Shown: positions 28,721-39,142, numbered from the stretch's first letter. The stretch is DNA of 64,000 bases from Verrucomicrobiaceae bacterium (GCA_051252135.1 JBPOGH010000002.1:288001-352000); one strand, 5' to 3'. Numbers and translations: made by a program. The notes: generated by a model not told the origin, from the letters alone.

Positions 28721-31700
28721 GAACCGGGCTGGAAGCGGATGGAGTGGGGGGCGGTGCCTTGGATGGGGAGGTTGAAGGTTTGGCTCCAGGTGCCGGTGGC
28801 GGGGTCGAAGTTGGTTTGCCAGAAGTCGTTTCCGTGGGTGGATTGGTCGACTTTTTTTCCATTGTGAAAGAGGGTGCCGCCGCGATGGGAGGTGAGGCCG
28901 GTGAAGGTGAGGGGGAGGTAGCCGAGGCCGTTGGTGAGGGTGAAGGCGGCTTCGCCGTTTTGGGTGTTGAGGCGGATGTCGGGGAAGGTGTGGATGAGTT
29001 CTCCTTTTTCGATGGTGAGGGTGCGCGCGTTGCCGGCGGCTTCGCGGAGGACCATGAGTGCGGTGTTGCCGTGTTGGGTGAGGGCGGTGCGGAGGGCTTG
29101 GTTGGGGCCGTAGTAGTCTTGGGCGGATTGGGGGATGACGAGGTGTTCGATGGTGGCTTCGATGAAGTCGCCGGGCTGGAGCGCGGTGATTCCGGGAGGG
29201 GGGAGGAGGTCGATGGTGGAGGAGTCCTTGCGGTGTCGGGTGAGGCCGCGTTCGGCGAAGTAGGGGTCGGTTTTTTTACCGCCAAGGCGGGCGTTCCAGG
29301 AGCGGATGATGATGCCGCGATTACCGAGGGCGCCGCCTTTTTTGGAGTCGTCGGTGATGGCATCGTGGAGGGAGATCCAGGGGTGGGAGCCGGGGAGCGG
29401 GGTGGGGGCGATGGGGTAGGTGTTGCCGCCCCATTGGGCGTCCCATTCGCGGGTGAGGCCGTCGGCATTTCCAAAGGCGAACTTGCGTTCGCGGGTGAAG
29501 TTATAAGTGTCGGAGCCGACCTGGAAGATGACGAAGCGGGAGAAGGGGGCGGCTTTTTGGGCGTCGAGGCGGATGCGGTAGGTGCCGCGGACGAGGTCGT
29601 CACTGCGGGAGATGCTGACGGTGGTATGGTGGGTGAGGGCGTCGCCGATTTTTCCGGCGTAGGTGACTTCTGTTAGACAGGGTCCTGGCTTGTGGCGGGT
29701 GGTTTTGATTTCGCGGTGGGGGAGGCGTTTGCCGGAGGGATCGAAGAAGCGGAAGAAGTCGCCGCCGCCGATGTTGGCGGTCCATCCCCATGGGGTTTTG
29801 TTGTTCATGCCGGTGACCATGAGGGGGCGGACGTCGGTGATGGTGGTATCGGCGAGGGCTTGGTTGGGATCGTAGCAGATGCTCTCGCCCCAGGAGCCGA
29901 TGGCGGATTGTTCCCAGAGGGTGTTGGTGCCCCAGCCGATGAGGGAGAGTTGGGCGTGGGAGGCGGCGGGGACTCCGCCCCAGTGGCCGTAGGCGAGGGT
30001 GAGTTCGAGATGGATGGTGGCTCCGGCGGGGAGGCGGATTTGGGAGATGCCGTGGAACCATTGGCCGGCGTAGGTGCCCGCTTCTTCGTTGTGGTGCCAG
30101 TTCTTGCTGAGTTGGACGGGGATGCCGGTGGGGTGACCTTCGGCATCGCGGAGGATGGCGGAGATGCCGGTGATGGGGGAGCCGAAGCGGTGCTTGATGC
30201 CGCCACGGGTTTTTTCAAACATGAGGCGGGCGGATTGTTCGATTTGGGTGGGGTTGGTGAGGGTGAAGGGGATGCGTTCGAGGACGTCGTTTTCTTTTCC
30301 GATGGGTTTGATGCCATCGAGATTGATGCGGTGCCATCCTTGGGCGGGATGGAAGGTGACGGGTTGGGCGGTGGTGATTTTTACGGGATCGGTGGGAGGG
30401 AGGGATTGGAGGGTGACGGGATTGAGGGCGAGGTGGGCTTGGGGGCCGGTGGTTTTTTGGTGGAGGGTTTTGTCGCCGGACTTGAGGGTGAGTTCGAGGT
30501 CTGCCGGGGGATCGGTGAGGAGGGTGAAGGAGAGTCGGTCGGTCCAGGCGGCGACCTCGAGTCGGGCGTCGGTTTTGAGTTGGGTGCCGTCTTTTGCTTT
30601 GAAGGTGAGGTGGGTGATGTCGAAGCGTTGGAAGAATTGGCCGGATTCGATGAGGCGGGGTCCGGTGTAGCGGGTGGCCTTTGAGCCGCCGGTGGAGGTG
30701 TAGGTTTTGCCGTCGGCGGTGATGTTGAGGGTGAGGGAGGCGGGTTGTTTTTGGGAGCCGAGTTCGGTGATTTCGAGGGTTTCGGTGTTGAGGGCGAGGC
30801 GGAAGTGTGGGGATTCGATGGTGCGGATCCATGGGGCTCCGGGGTTTCTGCCGGGGAAGCCTTTTGTCCAGGACATGTGGGTGTGGTCCTGCGTGGTGGG
30901 CATGAGGGCTTTGGGGTTGGTGGAGGTGAGCCAGCGGAGGTTTCTGAACCGGGGCTGGGGTCCGGTCCATGGTCCTCCGAGGTCGACTTTATCTTTCCGG
31001 TTTTTGGAGCGGAGGGTTTCCTGCGGTGAGAGTTCGAGTTCTTTGGCGTTGGCCCAGGTGAGGTTGGATTCGTCGTTTGCGTTTTTAAAATCGGCTGGGG
31101 AGAGGGTGATGGTTTGCCAGTCGGGGCCTCCGGTGAGGGCGACCTCGGCGGCGTGGTCGTCGAGCCGGATGACGAGGGTGTTGGGTCGGGGTGAGCGGAT
31201 GTCGAGAGAGAGTTGGGCGTTCGTGGGAGCGGCCCATTTGGGGTCGTTGATTTTGTGGGTGGTGAGGGCCCAGTTGAGGTCGGGCCGGTAGCTGAACCAT
31301 TCTTGTTGCCAGTCGCCGCGGAAGTCCTCGATGAGGGTGGAGGGTTGGTCGGTTGCTTGAGCGGTATTGAGTTCGTCGGGGGAGATGAGGTGGACGAGGG
31401 AGGAGAGGTTGAAGTGGGGGGCGGTGAAGGTGCGGTAGTAGTAGCCGGCGCCGGTGACGGGTTGGTCGAGTTGGTAGCGGACGTTGGCGTAGACCCAGAG
31501 GGGGCGGGAGGTATCGAGGAGGGGGAGGCGGGCTTGGTGGGTGCCGTCGATTTCTCTGGTGGCGGCGTGGTGCCAGTGGCGGTATTTGGCGTCCTCGAGG
31601 GTTTCGTTTTCCGATCCTTGTTGGGTGTAGAAGGCATCGATGCCGAGGATGGGGCGGGAGGTGTCCGGGGTGACCTTGATGCGGGGGATGTCGTTGAGGA

Positions 31701-32757
31701 CGACTTCGGTTTTGGGGGTGGCGGGGGTGGTGAAGGTGCCTTTGAGGTGGTGGTCGAACCAGAGTTGGGTGGCGACCTCGTATGGGGCGGTGTCCTGGTG
31801 GTTGTGATGGGGGGCGCAGGTGACGCGCCAGTGGGTGCTTTTGATTTGGCCGATGGCGGCGGGGAGGTCACCGAGGCGGCCATGGAAGTCGTTGGCGGGG
31901 CTGAGGAAGATGATGGGGCAGGTGATGCGGGGGAGTTGTTGGTCGTCGCTGCTGGTGTTGCGGTAGAGGGGTGATTTGGAGTCGAGATCGCTGATGCCTC
32001 CGCATGAGGGTGCGGCGGCTTTGACCCGGGGGTCTGAGGCGGCGGTGGCGACGGTGAGTTTACCGCCCATGGAGTGGCCGTAGACGCCGAGGCGTGCGGG
32101 GTCGACTTCCGCTTGTTGTTCGAGAAAAGTGAGGGCGCGGCGGGCGGCGAGGGTGCAGAGGAACCAGGGGTTGTTGCGGGGGGAGTCGACGGTATCGAGG
32201 GTCCAGGGGTGGGGTGAGGTGTGGGCGAAGGCGTTTCCTTTATTCCGGCAGGGGGCGTGGTAGGCGTCGAGGGCGCCCCAGTCGGTGATGAGCTTGTAGT
32301 TGGGGTCGTCTTTTTTGTCGTCCCAGAAGAGTTGGACGCCATCGGGATTTACGCGGTAGCCGGGTGCGGAGATGCGGCCGGCCCAGGAGATGGAGATGGT
32401 GGCGTATCCGCGTTTGGCATTGGTGAGGACGGCGTTGGAATCGGCGTATTGTCCGCCGCCGTGAATCTGAAGGAGGCCGGGGAGTTTGGTGGCGCCTTTT
32501 GGAAATCCGTAGATGCCGGCGAGCAGGGATTTTTGGCCTTTGAAGGTGCCGATGCGGAAGCGGACGACGCGCATGACGACATCGTCTTCCTCCCACTGGT
32601 GGAGGGTTTCGGTATCGAGGGGTTCGGCGCGCGGGTCGAAGCCGGCCCAGAGTTCATCGAGGCTTTGTGGGGCGGGCTTGCCGTTGAGGGGCGGGAGGGT
32701 TTCGCCGAAGGCGAGAAGGGGGGCGAGCAGGAGGAGGATGAGCTGGCGGGAGAGCAT
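28714..32757 (-). CDS. Large secreted alpha/beta-hydrolase (acetylxylan-esterase/dienelactone-hydrolase-like) with uncharacterised C-terminal half
   Basis: Signal peptide; LQIHGGG, GHSMGG, NDFH and HHNH in the N-terminal ~350 aa. Confidence 0.8.
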   Translation of the reverse strand: MLSRQLILLLLAPLLAFGETLPPLNGKPAPQSLDELWAGFDPRAEPLDTETLHQWEEDDVVMRVVRFRIGTFKGQKSLLAGIYGFPKGATKLPGLLQIHGGGQYADSNAVLTNAKRGYATISISWAGRISAPGYRVNPDGVQLFWDDKKDDPNYKLITDWGALDAYHAPCRNKGNAFAHTSPHPWTLDTVDSPRNNPWFLCTLAARRALTFLEQQAEVDPARLGVYGHSMGGKLTVATAASDPRVKAAAPSCGGISDLDSKSPLYRNTSSDDQQLPRITCPIIFLSPANDFHGRLGDLPAAIGQIKSTHWRVTCAPHHNHQDTAPYEVATQLWFDHHLKGTFTTPATPKTEVVLNDIPRIKVTPDTSRPILGIDAFYTQQGSENETLEDAKYRHWHHAATREIDGTHQARLPLLDTSRPLWVYANVRYQLDQPVTGAGYYYRTFTAPHFNLSSLVHLISPDELNTAQATDQPSTLIEDFRGDWQQEWFSYRPDLNWALTTHKINDPKWAAPTNAQLSLDIRSPRPNTLVIRLDDHAAEVALTGGPDWQTITLSPADFKNANDESNLTWANAKELELSPQETLRSKNRKDKVDLGGPWTGPQPRFRNLRWLTSTNPKALMPTTQDHTHMSWTKGFPGRNPGAPWIRTIESPHFRLALNTETLEITELGSQKQPASLTLNITADGKTYTSTGGSKATRYTGPRLIESGQFFQRFDITHLTFKAKDGTQLKTDARLEVAAWTDRLSFTLLTDPPADLELTLKSGDKTLHQKTTGPQAHLALNPVTLQSLPPTDPVKITTAQPVTFHPAQGWHRINLDGIKPIGKENDVLERIPFTLTNPTQIEQSARLMFEKTRGGIKHRFGSPITGISAILRDAEGHPTGIPVQLSKNWHHNEEAGTYAGQWFHGISQIRLPAGATIHLELTLAYGHWGGVPAASHAQLSLIGWGTNTLWEQSAIGSWGESICYDPNQALADTTITDVRPLMVTGMNNKTPWGWTANIGGGDFFRFFDPSGKRLPHREIKTTRHKPGPCLTEVTYAGKIGDALTHHTTVSISRSDDLVRGTYRIRLDAQKAAPFSRFVIFQVGSDTYNFTRERKFAFGNADGLTREWDAQWGGNTYPIAPTPLPGSHPWISLHDAITDDSKKGGALGNRGIIIRSWNARLGGKKTDPYFAERGLTRHRKDSSTIDLLPPPGITALQPGDFIEATIEHLVIPQSAQDYYGPNQALRTALTQHGNTALMVLREAAGNARTLTIEKGELIHTFPDIRLNTQNGEAAFTLTNGLGYLPLTFTGLTSHRGGTLFHNGKKVDQSTHGNDFWQTNFDPATGTWSQTFNLPIQGTAPHSIRFQPGSK

Positions 32758-32855
32758 GGAACTAGAAATACGAGTGCAGGACAGGATTCATACAGGGTTG
32801 GACCGACCTTTGCGATTCACAGGTTGGGTTACTTTGGTAAGGATGGAGAACTGCC

Positions 32856-33980
32856 ATGCCACTCGATCCATTTAAAGATGCCCGCCGGAATGATGCTGTT
32901 CTGAAATGTCCGTTTCAGGGTGAGGAAGTTCCGATGATTTTGCGTCATGCCGATGTGCGGGCGGCGGCGAAGGATTGGGAGACGTTTAGTTCGGACGCGC
33001 CGTTTCGGGTGCCCATTCCCTCGGAGGAGGAGATGCGGACGATGCGGCAGTTACCGATTGAGACGAATCCGCCGGAGCATGGGAAGTATCGCGCGATTGT
33101 GGAGCCGTTTTTTGCGCGGTCGAAGTCGGCAGAGGTGGTGGCGAAGGTGGAGGGGTTGATCGATGAGTTGCTTGAGAAGGCGATGGCGGGTGATGGAGTG
33201 GAAGTGGTGCGGGAGTTTGCGCTGCCGATTCAGTCACGGGCGCTGACCTACTTGCTGAATGTGCCGGAGGCCGAGGGTGAGGTTTATATTGGTTGGGGGA
33301 TGCATGTGTTCAGCGGGGAGGGGGGATCGCTGGAGGATTATCTTGCGATGGCGCTTGATCGGGCGGCGGAGAGTCCGGGAGATGATTTTTTCAGTGCGCT
33401 CAATGAGGCGGAGTATGAGGGACGGGCGTTGACGCGCGAGGAGGCGATGGGGTTTGCGAATCTGACCTTTGCGGGGGGGCGGGATACGATCATTCACAGT
33501 ATTTCATCGGTGCTGGCGCATTTGGGAAAGCATCCGGAGGATTTGGCGAAGCTGAAGGAAAATCCGAAGGGGGTGGTGCTTGCGGGGGAGGAGTTTTTTC
33601 GGGCGTTCATGCCCTTGACGCATATCGGGCGGGTGTGTCCGGTGGCGACCGAGGTGCATGGGGCGGAGGTGCCGGCGGACGGGCGGGTGTCGCTGGGGTG
33701 GGCGGCGGCGAACTATGATGAGGAGGTTTTCGAGGAGCCGGAGCGGGTCAACATTGAGCGGAAGCCGAACCCGCATGTGTCCTTTGGGTTTGGGACGCAT
33801 CTTTGTCTGGGGGCGCCGCATGCGCGTTTGATTGTGCGGACTTTGTTAAAGGCGCTGGTGGAGAAGGTGGCGGCGATTGAAATCATCGAGGCCAGGCCCC
33901 ATGTTGAGGATGAGGTGAACTACACGCGTGAGAACGGGTTCGATGCGCTCAGAGTGGTGCTCAAGGGAGAGAACGCCTAG
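32856..33980 (+). CDS. Cytochrome P450
   Basis: I-helix AGGRDT, ExxR (EFFR), heme motif FGFGTHLCLG. Confidence 0.95.
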   Translation: MPLDPFKDARRNDAVLKCPFQGEEVPMILRHADVRAAAKDWETFSSDAPFRVPIPSEEEMRTMRQLPIETNPPEHGKYRAIVEPFFARSKSAEVVAKVEGLIDELLEKAMAGDGVEVVREFALPIQSRALTYLLNVPEAEGEVYIGWGMHVFSGEGGSLEDYLAMALDRAAESPGDDFFSALNEAEYEGRALTREEAMGFANLTFAGGRDTIIHSISSVLAHLGKHPEDLAKLKENPKGVVLAGEEFFRAFMPLTHIGRVCPVATEVHGAEVPADGRVSLGWAAANYDEEVFEEPERVNIERKPNPHVSFGFGTHLCLGAPHARLIVRTLLKALVEKVAAIEIIEARPHVEDEVNYTRENGFDALRVVLKGENA

Positions 33981-34618
33981 AGGCCCCGCGGGTGTCGTGG
34001 GGAGAAGCCGGAAGGGCTTCGGGGTTCACTTTTCCACCGGGGTCCGTTGCTTTGTTGGGGTCCGCCGGTGTCGAGGCGCAGGCCGCCGATGGTCATGTAG
34101 ACGTGTCCGTTTTTGGCCCAGACGGTGATCCATTCTCCGAGGCCGCGTTCTCCGTAGGTGAGAAATCCGCGGGAGGTCATTTGGTCGTGGAGGAGTCCGG
34201 CTTCCCGGAGGACGTAGCTCACGGAGCCGGAGCAATCGTAGCCGCGGTCATTGAGGATGGCGTGTCCGCCTCCGAACTTGTAGGGAAAGCGCTGGAGGTG
34301 GTTTCCGGCTGCGACGGCGCGTTTGACTGCCGAGGGTGCGTGGGGTGGGGCGATGGCCCGGTTGCCGACGAGGCGCACGAGATTCCGCTGGTGATCAGGG
34401 AGTGGCGGGTAGGGTTCTGCGGCGGGGACCGATCGAGAACCGGGTTGGGAGGCGTAGAGCGAAACGGGGGAGGCAGGCGGGGTGTAGTTCTTGTATTGCC
34501 ACGCCATGTTTTCGCGGAGACCGGACCGGGGAGGTCCCCATCTGCTGTCGACGGCGCACGAGCTCAGGAGGAGAATTGAGCCGAGGAAAATTAAAAAACC
34601 TTGAGTAGCGGTCATCAT
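33977..34618 (-). CDS. NlpC/P60-like peptidoglycan endopeptidase lipoprotein
   Basis: Lipobox LSSC; PYKFGGGH, YDCSGSVS, GHV. Confidence 0.85.
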   Translation of the reverse strand: MMTATQGFLIFLGSILLLSSCAVDSRWGPPRSGLRENMAWQYKNYTPPASPVSLYASQPGSRSVPAAEPYPPLPDHQRNLVRLVGNRAIAPPHAPSAVKRAVAAGNHLQRFPYKFGGGHAILNDRGYDCSGSVSYVLREAGLLHDQMTSRGFLTYGERGLGEWITVWAKNGHVYMTIGGLRLDTGGPQQSNGPRWKSEPRSPSGFSPRHPRGL

Positions 34619-34772
34619 GGTTGCGTGGATTAGTAAAAATTTATCAAGAAAACCCTAAAATGTAAACATTTTTTAAAATTAAGGGTAAGGCGATAGAAAA
34701 GGATATTGAAAAAAGAAGAATCCGTTCGCGTGAATCCGGCGGCTGGTTCATGGTCCGTGCGTAGCACAAGCA

Positions 34773-35291
34773 ATGGCGACAAAGAATTCGATGAACTGGA
34801 TAACATTTGCACTCATGACGGTGGCCTTTTGGGGGCTTTATGGTGTGTTCCTTCACAAGGGGGCGATGGGGATGCAGGACCCGGAGTTTGGGCGGTATAA
34901 GGCGTTTTTGATTGTGGGAGTGGCTTATTTTTTGGTGGCGGTTTTGGCGCCATTGGGTCTTTTGAAGATGTCGGGAGCGAGTTTGAGCATGCCTTCGGGT
35001 GGATTTTGGTGGGCGTTGATTGCGGGGACGGTGGGTGCCCTGGGTGCGCTGGGGGTGCTGTTGGCTTTTGGGAAGGGCGGTCCTCCGTCGGCGGTGATGT
35101 CGATTATTTTTGCGGGTGCTCCGATTGTGAACGCGGTGGTGGCGTTGAGTCTTCATCCTCCGGATGGGGGGATTGGGGCGTTGCGGTGGCAATTTTTTCT
35201 GGGGATTCTTTTGGCGGCGGCCGGGGGGTGTCTGGTGACGATTTACAAGGACCCCAAGCCGGTGAAATCGGCGATTGAATCCCAACCTTAA
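34773..35291 (+). CDS. Membrane protein (EamA/DMT-like half)
   Basis: About five hydrophobic segments; FWGLYG and GAPIVNA motifs. Confidence 0.7.
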   Translation: MATKNSMNWITFALMTVAFWGLYGVFLHKGAMGMQDPEFGRYKAFLIVGVAYFLVAVLAPLGLLKMSGASLSMPSGGFWWALIAGTVGALGALGVLLAFGKGGPPSAVMSIIFAGAPIVNAVVALSLHPPDGGIGALRWQFFLGILLAAAGGCLVTIYKDPKPVKSAIESQP

Positions 35292-36144
35292 TCCGGTGGC
35301 ATTCATTGGTGAGCGTCTTTTACTTCCGGTGGTCCGGGAGTCGAAAATCGGGGTGTTCCTGGATGGGGGGCAGCTTGGCGAGGTGTTGTTGCCAAAGAAC
35401 GAGCTGACTCCGGAGGTGCGTGAGGGTGCGGAGGTGGAGGTGTTTCTTTATTGTGATTCGGAGGATCGTCCGATCGCGACGCGGAAGATTCCGAAGGTGC
35501 TGCCGGGGGAGATCGGGGTGTTGCGGGTGATTGAGGCGACGAAGATCGGGGCGTTTCTGGATTGGGGGTTGCCGAAGGATTTGTTGTTGCCGTTTCGCGA
35601 GCAGCGGGGGCGGCCGCAGGCGGAGGATCGGGTGGTGGTGTATGTGGCGCCTGACGGAACGTCGGACCGGATTATTGCGACCCAGCGGGTGGAGAAGTTT
35701 TTGGGCGAGACGGCGCCGCAGTATGAGATCGGCCAGGAGGTGGATCTGATCGTTCATGCGATCACGGATATGGGATACAAGGTGGTGGTGGACGGGTATC
35801 AATCGGGGTTAATTTTTGCGAACGAGGTTTTTCGAAAGATCCGGATCGGGGACTGCATGAAGGGGTATGTCAGGGAGGTGAGGGATGACTGGAAAATTGA
35901 CGTTTCGCTTTCGCTGCCGGGGCAGGCGGGGGTGGATCCGGTGGAGGGGATGCTTCTTGAGGAGCTGGGGCGGCGTGGTGGATTTTGGGCGATTGATGAT
36001 TCGACGCCAGCGGCGGATGTTCATCGGGAGTTGGGGGTGAGCAAGAAGGTGTTTAAGAAGGCGACCGGCTCGTTGTTTAAGGCGCGGAAGATCGTGTTTG
36101 AGAATGGGGGGATTCGGTTGGTATCGGGAGGAGGAGCGCGTTAG
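35275..36144 (+). CDS. CvfB family S1 RNA-binding protein
   Basis: GEVLLP, VFLYCDSEDRPIAT, GAFLDWGLPKDLLLPFREQ, SKKVFKKA.G.L. Start codon uncertain. Confidence 0.88.
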   Translation: MNPNLNPVAFIGERLLLPVVRESKIGVFLDGGQLGEVLLPKNELTPEVREGAEVEVFLYCDSEDRPIATRKIPKVLPGEIGVLRVIEATKIGAFLDWGLPKDLLLPFREQRGRPQAEDRVVVYVAPDGTSDRIIATQRVEKFLGETAPQYEIGQEVDLIVHAITDMGYKVVVDGYQSGLIFANEVFRKIRIGDCMKGYVREVRDDWKIDVSLSLPGQAGVDPVEGMLLEELGRRGGFWAIDDSTPAADVHRELGVSKKVFKKATGSLFKARKIVFENGGIRLVSGGGAR

Positions 36145-36155
36145 TTTTCAGGGGA

Positions 36156-36635
36156 ATGATCACGATCCATCATCTCTTTATTTCGGCGGGGCACGATTTT
36201 TTTGGTCGCCATGGCCAGGGGCGGGAGAGGCATGAGATTGTGGATCGCGATGAGGTGGAGTTGGTGGCGGGGAGGGGGATCACGGGGGATCGGTTTTTTG
36301 ATTACAAGGAGGATTACAAGGGGCAGATCACCTTTTTTGATTACGCGGTGTATGAGGCGGTGAAGCGTGAGTTTGATTTACCGGCTCTTGATCCCGGTGC
36401 GTTCCGCCGCAATGCGGTGGTGAGCGGGTTGGATCTCAACTCGCTGATCGGCACTACTTTTTCGATCGGGGATCTGGAGTTTGAGGGGACGCAGGAGGCC
36501 AAGCCCTGCTATTGGATGGATGAGGCTTGTGCTCCGGGGGTGGAGGAGTTTCTCAAGGGGCGGGGCGGGTTGCGCTGCCGGATTTTGAAGGGGGGGATGT
36601 TGAGGAAAGCTAGTGTTCCGTTTCGATCCGTTTGA
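36156..36635 (+). CDS. MOSC domain protein
   Basis: GRGITGDRF, FRRN..VSG, PCYWM, RGGLRCRI. Confidence 0.88.
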   Translation: MITIHHLFISAGHDFFGRHGQGRERHEIVDRDEVELVAGRGITGDRFFDYKEDYKGQITFFDYAVYEAVKREFDLPALDPGAFRRNAVVSGLDLNSLIGTTFSIGDLEFEGTQEAKPCYWMDEACAPGVEEFLKGRGGLRCRILKGGMLRKASVPFRSV

Positions 36636-36891
36636 GGAGGTCGTTGATTTCCCGGCGGACCGCGGAGGTGGAGATTCCGTAAATCTCGCGGAGGAAGGGC
36701 TCGATGAGGGGGCCGATCGTGGAGGGTGGTTTGAGGAGGGTCCAGAGTTGCTGGCTGGCTTTCATGGAGCGGGCTTCCTTATGTGAGGAGAGATCCTGCA
36801 GGAGTTTTTGGGTCAGCCGGGCGGACTTTTGGTCGATTCCATGGGCATCCCATTCGAGGTCGCGAAGGCGTTTCCAGAGTGGTGAGTTCAT
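36610..36891 (-). CDS. Hypothetical protein
   Basis: 93-aa helical ORF with ATG start; short convergent overlap with the MOSC gene. Confidence 0.5.
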   Translation of the reverse strand: MNSPLWKRLRDLEWDAHGIDQKSARLTQKLLQDLSSHKEARSMKASQQLWTLLKPPSTIGPLIEPFLREIYGISTSAVRREINDLLKRIETEH

Positions 36892-36904
36892 CGGTGGCGG
36901 ATGA

Positions 36905-36936
36905 AAAAAGGCGGACCTGCATGAGGCCCGCCTTTT
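36905..36936 (-). terminator. Intrinsic terminator of the pilin-like gene
   Basis: aaaaggcgg...ccgcctttt hairpin, with A-tract on + (U-tract on -). Confidence 0.75.
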
Positions 36937-36965
36937 GAATTTGATTAGTTGGGAGTCTCTCCGGA

Positions 36966-37679
36966 TTAGAGTCCGGTAGGAGCCTTCACCTCGGGTTGGT
37001 CATCGCCCCAAACGGAGTCTTCACCAACGGTGAAGAGGGTGGCGCGTCCTTGTCCCTTAAGAAGGGCTTTTCCGCTGCCGTCCTTCGAGAGCTTGCCGGT
37101 AGCAACGGAGTTGTCACCGCGAAGGTAAACATACTCGCCGTTGTAGGCGTTGTCATCGAACTCGGGGTCAGGTCCGCCGGACTTCAATGGTGCTACCACG
37201 AGAGGAGTGGCACTGCGGGTGTAGCTGGCGGAGAGTGCCTCGCTAGGAGCGAGCATCACGTATCCGAAGCCGTTTTCACCACGCTTGAGTACTTCGTCAG
37301 CAGGTCTGATGACGTCATCACCTTCCTTGACGCCGCGGACACCCTTGGCGTAGAAGATTTTCTCACTGTCAGTGGACTGGCCGATGATGAGTTGGGCGAA
37401 GTAGGCGTTGGCGTCGTCGCCATCAGGAACTTCGGCACCTTCATCTTCGAGGGCGCGACGGGTATCCTCGGAAGGATAGCTGTCGTAGCTACTATCGAAG
37501 TCGTTCAGGGCAATGCCGATTTGCTTGGCATTGTTGATCGTCTTCGCCTTGTCAGCGTTTTTCTTCGCTTTAAGGATCGCCGGGGTCGCGAGTCCAGCAA
37601 GGACGGCGATGATGGCGATCACAACGAGCAGTTCCACGAGGGTGAAACCACTGCGCATCTGTTTTTTAGTCAGTTTCAT
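36966..37679 (-). CDS. Prepilin-type N-terminal cleavage/methylation domain protein (type IV pilin/T2SS pseudopilin-like)
   Basis: G|FTLVELLVVIAIIAVLAGLA, NNAKQIGIAL. Confidence 0.92.
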   Translation of the reverse strand: MKLTKKQMRSGFTLVELLVVIAIIAVLAGLATPAILKAKKNADKAKTINNAKQIGIALNDFDSSYDSYPSEDTRRALEDEGAEVPDGDDANAYFAQLIIGQSTDSEKIFYAKGVRGVKEGDDVIRPADEVLKRGENGFGYVMLAPSEALSASYTRSATPLVVAPLKSGGPDPEFDDNAYNGEYVYLRGDNSVATGKLSKDGSGKALLKGQGRATLFTVGEDSVWGDDQPEVKAPTGL

Positions 37680-37835
37680 TATTCTGTTATGGTGTGGGTC
37701 GGATCTGTGGATCCTTCCCGGGTTTTATATGTGAAATGAAAAATATTCATCCCACCGGGACAAGCTACGCTTGCTGTGAGCTACGGCAAGTCAAAAGGAG
37801 GGGGCAGAGGAAGGAAATGTCGCAGGTCCGGAGGC

Positions 37836-38615
37836 TTATTTGCCGAAGGCGGCCTTGAGGCTGTCCAGGTCTGCCTCACCGGCGCGATCTGCGGCGATGA
37901 TGGCTTCTTTTTGGAGGGCGACGATTTGTTGGATTCCTTCGCGAGAGAGGTCGAGCATGGCGGTCATTTCCTCAGAGGTGAAGACGGCTTCCTCGCCGCT
38001 GCCCTGGAGTTCGACGAATTCGCCGGACTCGGTCATGACGACGTTGAAATCGACCGAGGCGTCGCGATCCTCGGGGTAATTGAGGTCGAGGACGGGCTCG
38101 CCCTGGTAGATGCCGGCGCTGACGGCAGCGACGAGCTTTTTAATGGGGAAGTCTTTGAGTTTGCCTTCGCCCATGAGTTTGTTCAGGGCGATGGCGACGG
38201 CGACCATGCCGCCGGTGACGGAGGCGGTGCGGGTGCCTCCGTCGGCCTGGAGGACATCGCAGTCGACCCAAATGGTGCGTTGGCCGAGCTTCTCGAGATT
38301 GACGACGGCGCGGAGGGAGCGACCGATGAGGCGTTGGATTTCCGACGAGCGGCCATCGAGCTTGCCGCGGGAGATGTCGCGTTGTTTGCGATCGTGGGTG
38401 GAGTAGGGGAGCATGGAGTATTCGGCGGTGAGCCAGCCTCCCTTGACGCCCTGGTATTTCATCCAGCGGGGGACGTTTTCCTCGATGGTGGCGGCGCAGA
38501 TGACGCGGGTGTTGCCGAAAGAGACGAGGACCGAGCCATTGGCGTGCGGAGCGACGTTTGGGGTGAAAGAAATGGGGCGGAGATCGGTAGTTGCGCGGCC
38601 GTCGGGACGTTCCAT
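37836..38615 (-). CDS. rph: Ribonuclease PH
   Basis: RPDGR, GWLTAEYSMLP, EIQRLIGRSLR, CDVLQADGGTRTAS, DLNYPED. Confidence 0.97.
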   Translation of the reverse strand: MERPDGRATTDLRPISFTPNVAPHANGSVLVSFGNTRVICAATIEENVPRWMKYQGVKGGWLTAEYSMLPYSTHDRKQRDISRGKLDGRSSEIQRLIGRSLRAVVNLEKLGQRTIWVDCDVLQADGGTRTASVTGGMVAVAIALNKLMGEGKLKDFPIKKLVAAVSAGIYQGEPVLDLNYPEDRDASVDFNVVMTESGEFVELQGSGEEAVFTSEEMTAMLDLSREGIQQIVALQKEAIIAADRAGEADLDSLKAAFGK

Positions 38616-38808
38616 GTGCGGGAGGTAGTTTGCGGGGCGCTGCAAAGCAAGGTGAAGTTGAGGGTGATGATGGGAAGATGGAAATAGTTAGCTTTTCCTA
38701 AGGAGATCCTCTGTTTTGGGGGAAAACGCGTTAGGGAGGTCAAGAATGGAGCGAAATTGCGAAAATAGACTTGCTTGCGGGCTGAAAATCCATAGTTCTT
38801 CCCGCCCC

Positions 38809-39078
38809 ATGGCAAGAAAATGCTGGATAGAGCGCAACAAGCGCAAAGCTAAGACCGTTGCAAAATATGCAGACCTTCGTCACGAGTTGAAGAAGGAGAA
38901 GGATTATGTCGGTCTCACAATGCTTCCCCGTGATGCAAGTCCGACCCGTCTCGTGAACCGTTGCGAAGTGACCGGCCGTCGCCGTGGCTTCCTTCGTCGT
39001 TTCCGTCTTTCCCGGATTGCATTCCGCCAGATGGCTTCACACGGGCTGATTCCCGGAGTGACAAAGTCAAGTTGGTAG
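38809..39078 (+). CDS. rpsN: 30S ribosomal protein S14 (89 aa, C-minus type)
   Basis: [39 protein letters not shown]. Confidence 0.97.
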   Translation: MARKCWIERNKRKAKTVAKYADLRHELKKEKDYVGLTMLPRDASPTRLVNRCEVTGRRRGFLRRFRLSRIAFRQMASHGLIPGVTKSSW

Positions 39079-39142
39079 GCTATTGCATGGGGCCGCTCAT
39101 ACCCGAGTGACGTGCCCCGCACGGCCTCATCCGGCTCCACCC

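Noticed and set aside
36966..37679. Pilin gene as part of a complete pilus/T2SS locus
   Set aside because: Monocistronic with its own terminator and no assembly genes nearby; such solitary pilin-like genes are abundant in PVC bacteria.
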